In this document: positions 1-8,968 of the stretch, in pieces
Numbering within the stretch: the stretch's first letter is position 1
How the letters are laid out: the number at the start of each line of letters is the position of its first letter
Translations under genes and position numbers: made by a program
DNA from: an uncultured cyanobacterium
GTDB taxonomy: Bacteria > Cyanobacteriota > Cyanobacteriia > Cyanobacteriales > CAWUOF01
Assembly (NCBI GenBank): GCA_963744145.1
Contig: CAVUSO010000001.1
Span: 3,040,001 to 3,104,000 of the forward strand
Direction of reading: 5' to 3'
DNA length: 64,000 nucleotides
The notes under the pieces: generated by a model
The model's input: only the letters and a program-made list of their open reading frames with translations
Database searches by the model: none
Told to the model about the DNA's origin: nothing

Positions 1-2
1 CT

Positions 3-272
3 AAGGATTTAGCCCAGGGTGGTCAGGCTTCGGCTTATAATCAGGCGATCGCGATCGCTAGTCAAATTAAAGATGGTCAGCCTAAATATAGTGAAGCCCA
101 GCAGTTAATCGGTCAGTGGAGTGAGAAAATTTTAGCGATCGCTCAACAACGAGCCGCTCAAGGTCAATTTCTCGAAGCAGTTGAAGCTGCTCTTTTGGTT
201 CCAGAAAATACTCCTGCGTCTGGAGCAGCTCAATCTGCAATCACTCAATGGCAACAACATTTAACTAAGTAG
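3..272 (+). CDS. 3' end of a helical-repeat protein (partial, begins before window)
   Basis: Open frame from window start (KDLAQGGQASAYNQAIAIASQI...AQSAITQWQQHLTK) to TAG at 270-272. Confidence 0.6.
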   Translation, partial: KDLAQGGQASAYNQAIAIASQIKDGQPKYSEAQQLIGQWSEKILAIAQQRAAQGQFLEAVEAALLVPENTPASGAAQSAITQWQQHLTK

Positions 273-286
273 ATGAATTAGTTTTT

Positions 287-310
287 GTGGGACAGTCATC
301 TTGACTGTCC
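287..310. repeat. REP-like palindrome family GTGGGACAG(A/G)CATCTTG(T/C)CTGTCC; further copies near 4688, 15212, 15527, 21717-21781 (pair), 32386-32449 (pair), 32485, 63322
   Basis: Same ~25-bp hairpin recurs only in intergenic DNA, often as inverted pairs and between convergent genes. Confidence 0.8.
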
Positions 311-313
311 TAA

Positions 314-1660
314 TTATTTTGGCAAGAGATCTAATGTTAGGCAGATTTCGATCAGGTTGTCAACTCCTGTAACTGGAATAATGGGTGTTTGTAGTTGCAT
401 TTCTAGTTCTTTTATACTCATATCATCGAGAAAACAAGTGTCTCCTTCCTTTAACATAATGGATGGTAGTAGAATTGCTTGTCCTAAATTTTTTCCTTGT
501 AATCCTTTCAGTAAGTCTTCACCTGTTAATAATCCGGTGACTGTCATATTTTGTCCCCAATAATCGCTGCGTAATGGGATCATTTCAATTTGTAATCCCT
601 CAACTTGATTTAGTCTTTCTCTAATGCTAGTAAAAGCTTTTTCCACAGCATTTCCTACTACCCAAGTAAAATAACGAGATGGGGAAATGCTCTTAGGTAA
701 AACTCTAGCTGCTTGCTCAAATTGTTGGATAAATAGACGAATAGAACCGACCCCATTACCAATTTGAGGATAGTCTTCATAATGAGAAGTCGGAGGTAAT
801 TCTTGTCCGGATATTAAAAACCATTCATCTGCTAACCAAGCAAAAGTAGTTTTGAATTGTTTGAAAAAAGATGCTTGTAATTGCTGTACTTGAGTAATTA
901 TTTCTGTAGCTTTTGCTGGTGTTACTGGAATTAATTCATCTGTACTCGGACGAAATTTAGTTAAACCTACTGGTACTACTGCTACTGATAAAACTGCGGG
1001 TACTTTTCCTTGAGCAAATTTAGCTAAATCTAATAAAGTTTGTTCTAAATGTTTACCATCATTGATTCCAGGACAAACTACTACCTGTGCATGAATTTGT
1101 AATCGTCTTTTCTGAAACCATTTCAACTGTTCGAGAATTTTCCCAGCACGAGAATTTTTTAAAAGACGAATTCTTACTTCTGGTTCAGTTGCATGAACGG
1201 AAATATACAGAGGAGAAAGTCGCATTTTTTCGATTCGCTCCCATTCCGACTGGATGAGATTAGTTAAGGTCAGATAACTCCCATAGAGAAAGCTGAGACG
1301 ATAATCATCATCTTTAAAATAAAGAGATTCTCTTTTACCTGGTGGTTGTTGATCAATAAAACAAAAAGGACAATGATTATTACATTGAATTAAACCATCA
1401 AATAAGGCTGTCGCAAATTCTAATCCTAAGTTATCATCATAGTCTTTTTCAATTGTGACTAGATGGGTTTTTCCAGATTTGTCGATTACTTCTATCTCTA
1501 AAAATTCTTCAGTACATAAAAATTGATAGTCAATTAAATCGCGAGGTTTTTGACCATTAATAGCAATAATTGCATCTCCTGGCTCAAAGCCAACTTCTGC
1601 GGCGATCGAGTCAGGGACTACTGTAGTAATTAAGGCGGGTTTGATCGAAATTTCACTCAT
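314..1660 (-). CDS. TIGR03279-family putative radical SAM/Fe-S protein with N-terminal PDZ domain
   Basis: PDZ-like start (DSIAAEVGFEPGD), CNNHCPFCFIDQ motif, KDDDYRLSFLYGSYLTLTN, YEDYPQIGNGVG. Confidence 0.9.
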   Translation of the reverse strand: MSEISIKPALITTVVPDSIAAEVGFEPGDAIIAINGQKPRDLIDYQFLCTEEFLEIEVIDKSGKTHLVTIEKDYDDNLGLEFATALFDGLIQCNNHCPFCFIDQQPPGKRESLYFKDDDYRLSFLYGSYLTLTNLIQSEWERIEKMRLSPLYISVHATEPEVRIRLLKNSRAGKILEQLKWFQKRRLQIHAQVVVCPGINDGKHLEQTLLDLAKFAQGKVPAVLSVAVVPVGLTKFRPSTDELIPVTPAKATEIITQVQQLQASFFKQFKTTFAWLADEWFLISGQELPPTSHYEDYPQIGNGVGSIRLFIQQFEQAARVLPKSISPSRYFTWVVGNAVEKAFTSIRERLNQVEGLQIEMIPLRSDYWGQNMTVTGLLTGEDLLKGLQGKNLGQAILLPSIMLKEGDTCFLDDMSIKELEMQLQTPIIPVTGVDNLIEICLTLDLLPK

Positions 1661-1711
1661 AATAATTGTTAATTATTTATCAAGAATCTATATGCACTCA
1701 GGACATGGTTA

Positions 1712-1847
1712 TACCAATTTTTTTATGAGGGTGCATAGAATTGATCCCCCCAGCCCCCTTAAAAAGGGGGAGCATGAATTTAAAGTCCCCCTTTTTAAGG
1801 GGGATTTAGGGGGATCTAAATCTCTGCAACTTCACATTAAATTGGTA
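1712..1847. mobile_element. MITE with TACCAATT...AATTGGTA termini carrying a CCCCC/GGGGG hairpin repeat
   Basis: Imperfect ~27-bp terminal IR, TTA on both flanks, internal GATCCCCCCAGCCCCCTTAAAAAGGGGG...TTAGGGGGATC. Confidence 0.7.
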
Positions 1848-1935
1848 TTAGTCCAATAAATAATAATATAATAAAATAGTTGATTTGAGCGCAAATTAGA
1901 CTGGTAAGATTGGTAAAAGCTCAAGCTAAATCGAT

Positions 1936-2095
1936 ATGACTCCTGTCACTAATATTTTAACATCCTTATCTGGAGCAATACCCAAATGGCAACCCGCACT
2001 TTGGGAAGATTACTTAGCATGGTGGGACAATCTCCATGTGGATCAAAACGTTCGACTGTTTTTTAATGAGGGTTATCTTTGGATTGATCTGGGCA
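1936..2095 (+). pseudogene. Uma2 (DUF820) endonuclease, 5' fragment interrupted by IS200/IS605 element
   Basis: WQPALWEDYL...VRLFFNEGYLWID(L)G resembles a Uma2 N-terminus; stops at the element right end. Confidence 0.75.
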
Positions 2096-3416
2096 TTGAT
2101 ACTCTCAGGTCTAAAGACACTGAGATTCTTGAATAGTCCAGAGTCTGAACTTCAAAGGCGGCGTACAAAACACCTCTACTGATTTCACTTAGGACAAGCC
2201 CAAGATCCACCGCTACTTTTCTCAAAATATTAGCCGCAGCATTCGCGTCAGCGTTGATTTTTATGCCATTAGAACTGACATACAAGCCACGTTTAACTCT
2301 TTTTCCTGATGCTGTCCATTCTGTGGGTTTTTCACCATAAGTTGGGATGGTATCAGCATCTAAAAAACTAGCTTTGCTGGTATAACTTTCTTCAGTTTCA
2401 AGAAACTTAATGCCGTACAAGGTACAAAGTTCTTGAAGCCTTGCTTTGAGTCTAGCCGTAGGGATTTGGACAAAGTTTTGATTAGTCTTTTGCCCTAGTT
2501 CTATCCCATCTTTTTGGCTTTTATTCCAACCAAAAGCTAAAGTCCCGATGCGATTATTTAAACAGTGATTTATCACTAGCCGAGCGGCTTTGTTGATAGC
2601 GTCCCTGATCTGTCTATTCCGTTTCTCAGTCATTGCTGCCAAACGATTAGACCAAAAACCTTGAGGTTTATTAGCTTTGAGTTTAGCTACTTGTTTGTTG
2701 TACCATTGATTGACTGATTTTAGATGTCTGCCATCAATAATAAAACTTGTCCCTACATTACTAACGGCTGTCAACCAATTATTTAAACCGTGGTCTATCC
2801 CTAAGCATTTAGCTGGGTCTAGGACAGGTTTCTCAACTACAACTGGGTAGACGAATTCTGCATAAAAACAACCGTTTCTAGGGAGTATCCTGACCTCTCT
2901 AAGAGACTCAAAATCTAGGTTAGTTGGCATTGGTAGGAAAAATTCTTTTATGCCAAACCAAGCATTGACCTGTAATCCTAAAGGAAATCTAATCTTTCCA
3001 TCAATTAACCTTAGTGACCGTTTGGGATAGGCAATTAATTGATAGCCTCCTGGTTTTCGATAGTTGGGCAAGTTGGGTTTAGTTTCGAGTCTACCACTTA
3101 GCCAAAGTTCTCTTAACTTGGCGTAGGAACTAATTGACTCACCTACTGCCATACAAGTTTGTGCTGCGGCATCGGATGGTAGAGCCGAAAAATGTACATT
3201 TTGAGTAAGATTTTTTACGATCTCAAACTTGGTCACAAATTTGTGAGCTTTAAACCAGATTTGACGAGCATAATAGGTAGCACAATTGTGTAGATTATTG
3301 GACTCTGAGCAAACGAATTCTAGTATTGCTTTTGTCTCTGGTTCGGCATTGATTAAATGCTGTTGAACACCTAACGGTACTTGGGGCTTTTTTTCTGTTT
3401 TCTTTCTTTTAACCAT
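2073..3416 (-). CDS. tnpB: RNA-guided endonuclease TnpB (last ~30 aa probably frameshifted)
   Basis: GIDHGLNN (RuvC-I), EKRNRQIRDAINKAAR, EESYTSKAS, NADANAAANIL (RuvC-III). Confidence 0.92.
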   Translation of the reverse strand: MVKRKKTEKKPQVPLGVQQHLINAEPETKAILEFVCSESNNLHNCATYYARQIWFKAHKFVTKFEIVKNLTQNVHFSALPSDAAAQTCMAVGESISSYAKLRELWLSGRLETKPNLPNYRKPGGYQLIAYPKRSLRLIDGKIRFPLGLQVNAWFGIKEFFLPMPTNLDFESLREVRILPRNGCFYAEFVYPVVVEKPVLDPAKCLGIDHGLNNWLTAVSNVGTSFIIDGRHLKSVNQWYNKQVAKLKANKPQGFWSNRLAAMTEKRNRQIRDAINKAARLVINHCLNNRIGTLAFGWNKSQKDGIELGQKTNQNFVQIPTARLKARLQELCTLYGIKFLETEESYTSKASFLDADTIPTYGEKPTEWTASGKRVKRGLYVSSNGIKINADANAAANILRKVAVDLGLVLSEISRGVLYAAFEVQTLDYSRISVSLDLRVSMPRSIQR

Positions 3417-3589
3417 TTTTTGTTTCTTTTCTTTCTAATCTTAACTATAGCTTATGTTTGACAAAAAGCAAGTCTTTGTGATCAAAACAATGTTAAGATT
3501 AAGAAATATTTTCAGGTGGTTAAAACCACTTGGGTCGTTTCCCTCTCAGGTCTAAAGAACCTGAGTTTCCCACTTACCATGTGTTTTTT
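2096..3589 (-). mobile_element. IS200/IS605-family element, tnpB only (non-autonomous)
   Basis: Related subterminal hairpins CTCAGGTCTAAAGAC/AAC..CTGAG at ~2103-2125 and 3545-3565; right end finishes in TCAA (minus strand); no TSD; removing it restores GGC-AAT-GAG in Uma2. Confidence 0.8.
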
Positions 3590-3831
3590 ATGAGAAAAAA
3601 AAAGCTTTATGCTGAGTTAGGAATTCCCGAATATTGGGTAAGCGAGTGATAGCGTTCGGTTTACAGTCCAACGGGAAATATCAACAGATTGAGATTTCTA
3701 TAATTTTGTCGGGGTTACCAATTTCTCTGCTATCGCAAACCTTAGAACAGATGAATGAGGGAAATAATATTAATGCAGCTTTATGGTTTTCTCAGCAAAT
3801 TGCTAAATTTGAATTAAATCAAGGTAATTAA
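3590..3831 (+). pseudogene. Uma2 endonuclease, 3' fragment with deletions/frameshifts
   Basis: KLYAELGIPEYW then GKRVIAF..NGKYQQIEISIILSGLPI in different frames. Confidence 0.75.
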
Positions 3832-3983
3832 TTAACGATCGCCTGCTTAGAAGCACGGAAAAGATTTGATTTAGTTGGTTGATCAATACGCGATCGCCTA
3901 ATTGAAAATAACTAGAGTCAAAGCAATCTGGTAATTTATTAGTGATCGCACTTTCTTTGAGCAGCACAAAAAAACGATCGCGC

Positions 3984-4367
3984 TTAATTTTCTTCTTGGC
4001 CAAATAAATGTTCTAAGATGCGTTGATTTTCTGTCCGAATCCCTCTAACTTCATTCATAATCGCTTCAATGTTGCGTTGACTTACTTCAAAGTTGCGTTG
4101 ATGGATTTCTACGATTTGGACCAATGAATTAACAGTAGCACTCAGTTCAGTTTGTCTTACTTCCTGATTGCGTTGATTAATTTCTGCAACTTGCATGAAT
4201 GAATTGAGCCTAGTACCCAGTTCCGCAATTGTAGCTGAATTGGCTTGAATTTGGGCTGAATTGGCTTGAATTTGGGCTGAATTGGCTTGAATTTGGGCTG
4301 AATTGGCTTGAATTTGGGCTGAATTGGCTTCGATCGCAGCTTCTATTCTATCTAGTCTTTCTGTCAT
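3984..4367 (-). CDS. Coiled-coil hypothetical protein with heptad tandem repeat
   Basis: ERLDRIE start, (ANSAQIQ)x4, TENQRILEHLF end. Confidence 0.75.
   Translation of the reverse strand: MTERLDRIEAAIEANSAQIQANSAQIQANSAQIQANSAQIQANSATIAELGTRLNSFMQVAEINQRNQEVRQTELSATVNSLVQIVEIHQRNFEVSQRNIEAIMNEVRGIRTENQRILEHLFGQEEN
4234..4330. repeat. Perfect 21-bp coding tandem repeat, ~4.6 copies
   Basis: GCTGAATTGGCTTGAATTTGG repeated. Confidence 0.95.
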
Positions 4368-4877
4368 CGGGAGTATCCTTTTTTACTTATTTTCTTGCCG
4401 ATTAACTAATTGTAGTCGAATTAGCTAAAAAGAATCAAACCTCCAAATTCAAAGTTTAAACAATCCGACCACCATTAGTAATATCAGCAGCGATCGCTGC
4501 AAGATGTTCATCTAAGAATTGATCGCGATCGTCCCAAATATAAGGGCGTTTTGCGGAAGGTGGTTTACGGCTAAATTAGTTACTTCTTTCTTTCCAGTTT
4601 TTCCATCAGCCAAACTTCAAGAAAGAAGAGGTTCACACCTCAACTTGCATCAATCGCTCCTATCCCACAACCAAAAAAAAGACTCTTGTGGGACAGACAG
4701 TTTGTCTGTCCGCTTACCGCTGATATCTGATCCCAATTTCATAGTTAATTGGTATAACTATTTTGATATTTACTATAAATCAGCATTAAAATTGTTAAAT
4801 TAAGCTTTCTAGAAAAGTTTGCACAATCCAAAAATTCAGAGTAGTGTATAGTTGCCGCTTATAACTAAAGAGCAAGT

Positions 4878-5429
4878 GTGATTGCCATTTATCCCGGTAG
4901 CTTTGACCCAATTACTTTTGGCCATCTGGATATCATCCAACGAGGTGGTAAGCTCTTTGACCGGGTAATTGTGTTAGTAGTGACCAACCCCAATAAAACA
5001 CCCCTATTTACTGTCACAGAGCGAATTGAGCAAATTCGCCAATCTGCTCAACATCTAGTCAATATAGAAGTAGATAGTTTTAACGGTCTGACGGTAAATT
5101 ATGCCAAAATAAAGCAAGCTAATGTGCTGTTGCGGGGTTTGCGGGTACTTTCAGATTTTGAAAGTGAACTGCAAATGGCCCACACTAATGAAACTCTCTC
5201 CCATTTTGTTGAGACAGTTTTTTTGGCCACCTCTAACGAATATAGCTTCTTAAGCAGTAGCGTAGTCAAAGAGATTGCCAAATTTGGTGGCTCCGTCGAT
5301 CATCTTGTTCCTAAGCACGTCGCCCTAGATATCTACAAATGTTACGCGAAAACTCATCCCGGATCGACCCTAAACCTGATGGAACCAGCACCCCAGGACA
5401 ATCTCCCCCCAGTGGAGCGGGAAATATAG
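4878..5429 (+). CDS. coaD: Pantetheine-phosphate adenylyltransferase
   Basis: [37 protein letters not shown]. Confidence 0.97.
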   Translation: MIAIYPGSFDPITFGHLDIIQRGGKLFDRVIVLVVTNPNKTPLFTVTERIEQIRQSAQHLVNIEVDSFNGLTVNYAKIKQANVLLRGLRVLSDFESELQMAHTNETLSHFVETVFLATSNEYSFLSSSVVKEIAKFGGSVDHLVPKHVALDIYKCYAKTHPGSTLNLMEPAPQDNLPPVEREI

Positions 5430-6055
5430 ATATCCAGCGGGAATTAAACCGTCTCGAGGAGATGATTCTCGATAGTCCCCGCATCCCGTTGACTAGACGC
5501 ACGCTGGTAGATGAAGAGCAATTACTAGATCAACTGGATCTAGTACGGATGAATTTGCCGGCTGCTTTTCAGGAAGCAGAAGAAATTGTTCGCCATAAAG
5601 ATGAAATCCTGGAACAAGCTGAACAATATGCCCAAAATATGATCGAAACGGCTGAGAGACAGGTGGCTCAGATTCTCGATGAAATGGGGATTGTTCGACA
5701 AGCAAAAATTGAAGCAGACCAAATTCGTCAGCAACTGCAACAAGATTGTCAAGATGCTCAGGAACAAACTGTGGCTGAAATCGAAAGTCTCCGTTTGCAA
5801 GCACAGCAGGAAGTCGAAGAAATGCGACGTCGCGCTCTGGCTGAGTGCGAAGCGATCGAAAATGGTGCTGATGATTATGCCGATCGCGTACTCAATAATA
5901 TTGAACAGCAGCTCGGTGATATGCTACGGGTGATCCGGAATGGACGGCAGCAATTAGAAACAGAAGCTACAGCGATTCGTAATCAGCAGGGAAGTTCCTT
6001 CCCCCAGTCTGGGAATCCATCTGGACCATCTCGTTCCCCTAAACGATCTAAATAA
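5339..6055 (+). CDS. cdv3: DivIVA-like coiled-coil cell-division protein (Cdv3-like)
   Basis: [36 protein letters not shown]; overlaps the 3' end of coaD. Confidence 0.75.
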   Translation: MLRENSSRIDPKPDGTSTPGQSPPSGAGNIDIQRELNRLEEMILDSPRIPLTRRTLVDEEQLLDQLDLVRMNLPAAFQEAEEIVRHKDEILEQAEQYAQNMIETAERQVAQILDEMGIVRQAKIEADQIRQQLQQDCQDAQEQTVAEIESLRLQAQQEVEEMRRRALAECEAIENGADDYADRVLNNIEQQLGDMLRVIRNGRQQLETEATAIRNQQGSSFPQSGNPSGPSRSPKRSK

Positions 6056-6086
6056 GCAAGTATACGAGTTTTTTGCGGATCAAAAT

Positions 6087-6647
6087 ATGAATCAAACTAT
6101 GCTCAAATCTGGCGATCGCCAGACCAAATACCACATCCTGGGGAAAATTATCCTAGCTAGTTGTTTATGGGGTCTGATGCTTACCGTCAGTCCAAGGACA
6201 AATGCCCAAACTCTATCAGCACCAATGCCAACACAGGTTCAAGATCAACCAACAACTGATAGTATTGTCAAAAAATTAATGGGTAAATGGGAATTTACTG
6301 ATCTTAAATCCGGTAGCAAGTTAAATTTTATCTTTACTAATGACGGCAAATTGTTTTTTGCCAATCTGATCACCTCGCCACCCCAAGCGATTCAGTTACG
6401 GTATCAGGTTGCTAATGCTAGTAGCAACCCGATGCAAATTAATTTTAGCCGAGATGAACAAGATCAGGAAATAGTTGCGACTATTTTTGAGTTTACCACT
6501 GAAGGAAAACTGCGTTTACAAATGGAAGGTATTCACCCCAAGAAAGATCGACCCACTAGTTTTAGTCAAGGGGCTTTACTCCTGCTTAAGGTATCTGACG
6601 AAACAGATCTACCTGCAAATACGACAATCAAAACCTTGAGAAGTTAA
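6087..6647 (+). CDS. Hypothetical exported protein
   Basis: Signal-peptide-like N-terminus; LMGKW..., TIFEFTTEGKLRLQ beta-rich domain. Confidence 0.7.
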   Translation: MNQTMLKSGDRQTKYHILGKIILASCLWGLMLTVSPRTNAQTLSAPMPTQVQDQPTTDSIVKKLMGKWEFTDLKSGSKLNFIFTNDGKLFFANLITSPPQAIQLRYQVANASSNPMQINFSRDEQDQEIVATIFEFTTEGKLRLQMEGIHPKKDRPTSFSQGALLLLKVSDETDLPANTTIKTLRS

Positions 6648-6649
6648 CC

Positions 6650-7003
6650 TTAAATTTGGTTTAAATACTGGTTTAGGTCTTCAATGGTACGAGTAAGTTC
6701 AGCTTCTGTACTCAGACGAATGCGTTCATCTCGCACAGTAATCAGAACTTTCGCCGCAAAAGGACTTGGCCAAATATTCGGATTGCAGAAAATCTCCAAA
6801 AAGACATCCCCTGTATAGCAATATTCCATTGATTTCTGGGGATTGACATGACGCACTCCTGGGGCAGTTGTCTGATTGGCAACTGCTTTTAAACTTGTCA
6901 TTAAGTCAGCGATCGCGGATTGTAAATCTCTGGCTGCTTCGACGGTGAAGTTAAACGAGACCGAGCCTTGTAATAGATTGAATGTGATCGGAGTAATAGA
7001 CAT
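6650..7003 (-). CDS. Hypothetical protein (cyanobacterial type)
   Basis: 117-aa ORF with VFLEIFCNPNIWPSPFAAKVLITVRDERIRL. Confidence 0.8.
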   Translation of the reverse strand: MSITPITFNLLQGSVSFNFTVEAARDLQSAIADLMTSLKAVANQTTAPGVRHVNPQKSMEYCYTGDVFLEIFCNPNIWPSPFAAKVLITVRDERIRLSTEAELTRTIEDLNQYLNQI

Positions 7004-7221
7004 GGGAAATTAATGTGAATTCCTATCATTAAGGTTAGAAGATATTATCTATTTTATCAGAAAAATCGCTTTTTACTATTCGTAAATGAATAAAATTATC
7101 AAGAAGGGTTAAGAATAAATTAGGAAGCAATTATCAGTTTTAATCGCCAATTTTTGCTGAGTTTTTTGGTTTATACTGGTGCTAGAGAAGATGTTTTTTA
7201 TAGTCAACCAGGGAGCTTAAT

Positions 7222-8136
7222 ATGGTAGGAGATAATCGAGCAGAAGTTCGCAAAGTCTTAGTAATCACTCTATTACTTAATTTATTTGTGATGGGGTTAA
7301 AAGCATCGGTAGGATGGTCAACCCATTCTTTAAGTTTGTTAGCAGATGCGTTACATAGTGTCGTTGATAGTTCTGGTAATGTGATGGGATTATTTGTCAG
7401 TCGTCTCGCTTCACCTACCCCAGATCGAGAACATCCCTATGGACACCAAAAATTTGATGCAATTGGGGCTTTAGGAATCGCTTCTTTTTTAGTTTTAGCC
7501 TGTGTGGAAATTTTGCAAGGAGCGATCGAACGCATCATTAAACCGAGTAGTGAGACAGTGCAAATGTCAGCCCCAGTATTGGGTTTGATGATTTTTGTAT
7601 TAGGAATTAATATTTTCGTTACTTGGTACGAGCAAAGCGTCGGTAAGCGAATTAAAAGCGGCATTCTAGTCGCAGATTCCCAACATACAATGGGAGATAT
7701 TTGGATTACCCTGCTAGTGATTGTTGGTTTAATTGGTGTGTGGATGGGTTATGGCTGGTTAGATGTGGCTTTAGCTTTTCCCGTCACTTTGCTAGTGGCT
7801 TGGAGTGGTTGGGGAGTTTTAAATGATAACTTGCCTTGGTTGGTCGATAAAATTGCGATCGCGCCGGAAGCAATTCATGAAATTGTGATGCAAGTTCCAG
7901 GTGTCATTAACTGTCACGACATTGCTTCTCGCGGGGTCGTCGGGCGACAAGTATTTATCGAAATGCACCTGATCGTCGATTCTCCCGATGTGGAAACCGC
8001 CCACAAAATTACCGAAGAGGTAGAAGCACGCTTGCACCAACAATACCAGCCAGTTCGAGTGTTAATTCATATCGAACCACCATCATATAAAGTAGAGCAA
8101 ATCGCGATCGATGCTAATTCAACGGCTGACTCCTGA
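7222..8136 (+). CDS. Cation diffusion facilitator family transporter
   Basis: SLSLLADALHS, PDREHPYGHQKF, about 6 TM segments, C-terminal HIEP. Confidence 0.93.
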   Translation: MVGDNRAEVRKVLVITLLLNLFVMGLKASVGWSTHSLSLLADALHSVVDSSGNVMGLFVSRLASPTPDREHPYGHQKFDAIGALGIASFLVLACVEILQGAIERIIKPSSETVQMSAPVLGLMIFVLGINIFVTWYEQSVGKRIKSGILVADSQHTMGDIWITLLVIVGLIGVWMGYGWLDVALAFPVTLLVAWSGWGVLNDNLPWLVDKIAIAPEAIHEIVMQVPGVINCHDIASRGVVGRQVFIEMHLIVDSPDVETAHKITEEVEARLHQQYQPVRVLIHIEPPSYKVEQIAIDANSTADS

Positions 8137-8168
8137 CACTCCAAGCACTTTGTTTCTATTTACCTGGA

Positions 8169-8678
8169 CTATTTTTTTGGTGGCAAGCCCACGGCATTGG
8201 TCAGAATTGCACGAGTTAGATTCTTTGCACCATTAAGATTAGCACCTGTTAAATCCGCATTATTAAAATTAGCACCTGCTAGATTAGCACCTGCTAGATT
8301 AGCACCTGCTAGATTAGCACTACCGAACACAGCATTTGATAAATCAGCATTCTCTAAGGTAGCATTTTGCAAATTGACACCATTAAGTTTGGCTTTTGTT
8401 AAGTTAGCATTATCTAGAGTCGCGATACTTAGATTAGCATTACTTAGATCGGCATTACTTAAATTAGCATTCCTAAGTTGGGCATGGGCTAATTTAGCCT
8501 GACTTAAATTGGCATTTGTGAGATCGCAGCCATTACATTGATTACTTTGGGCTAATTTTTGCAAATCTCCCTGGTTGGCCGCTTGAGATGGGACATTTAA
8601 CCATAAAGGTGCCAATATTGTGGCTGTACCAACTATGGTCAGGGCTATTTTTCCTTGAGCAAAATTTAGGAATTTCAT
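8169..8678 (-). CDS. Exported pentapeptide-repeat protein
   Basis: Signal peptide from MKFLN, CNGCDL, A(N/D)LxxA repeats. Confidence 0.88.
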   Translation of the reverse strand: MKFLNFAQGKIALTIVGTATILAPLWLNVPSQAANQGDLQKLAQSNQCNGCDLTNANLSQAKLAHAQLRNANLSNADLSNANLSIATLDNANLTKAKLNGVNLQNATLENADLSNAVFGSANLAGANLAGANLAGANFNNADLTGANLNGAKNLTRAILTNAVGLPPKK

Positions 8679-8843
8679 CACAATCTCTACTCCTGTGCAA
8701 AAAAGATATCTTCCTATCATTTTAGATGATCAATGTCAATTACTCAAAATTTATTTCTGGCGATTTCTTCGTTAATTTTTGTTACTTTTTTGCAGCTTGC
8801 TCGGAATCGATCGGATTAAGAATACAGACAAGTTACCATTTAG

Positions 8844-8893
8844 TTATCCACAGAAATCATCAGTTTTCCACAGATTTTTGACAGTTTTCCACA
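8844..8893 (+). promoter_or_regulatory. Cluster of three co-oriented DnaA boxes
   Basis: TTATCCACA 8844-8852, TTTTCCACA 8864-8872 and 8885-8893; period 20-21 bp. Confidence 0.7.
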
Positions 8894-8968
8894 AAAGTTT
8901 ATCTCACGGTTATCTATTTTTTAAGAATCAAAAATATTTTGGGGTGAGTATTTCCCCCCCCAACTAAT

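Noticed and set aside
640..648. Isolated TTTTCCACA
   Set aside because: Single box inside a CDS; expected by chance
1641..1859. 72-aa ORF (also 32440-32640, 4519-4803, 8779-8967)
   Set aside because: These are translations of MITE/REP or intergenic regulatory DNA
8197..8502. Antisense ORFs over real genes (also 40584-41021, 43552-43962, 46747-47181 and others)
   Set aside because: Shadow frames of well-supported genes with no motifs of their own
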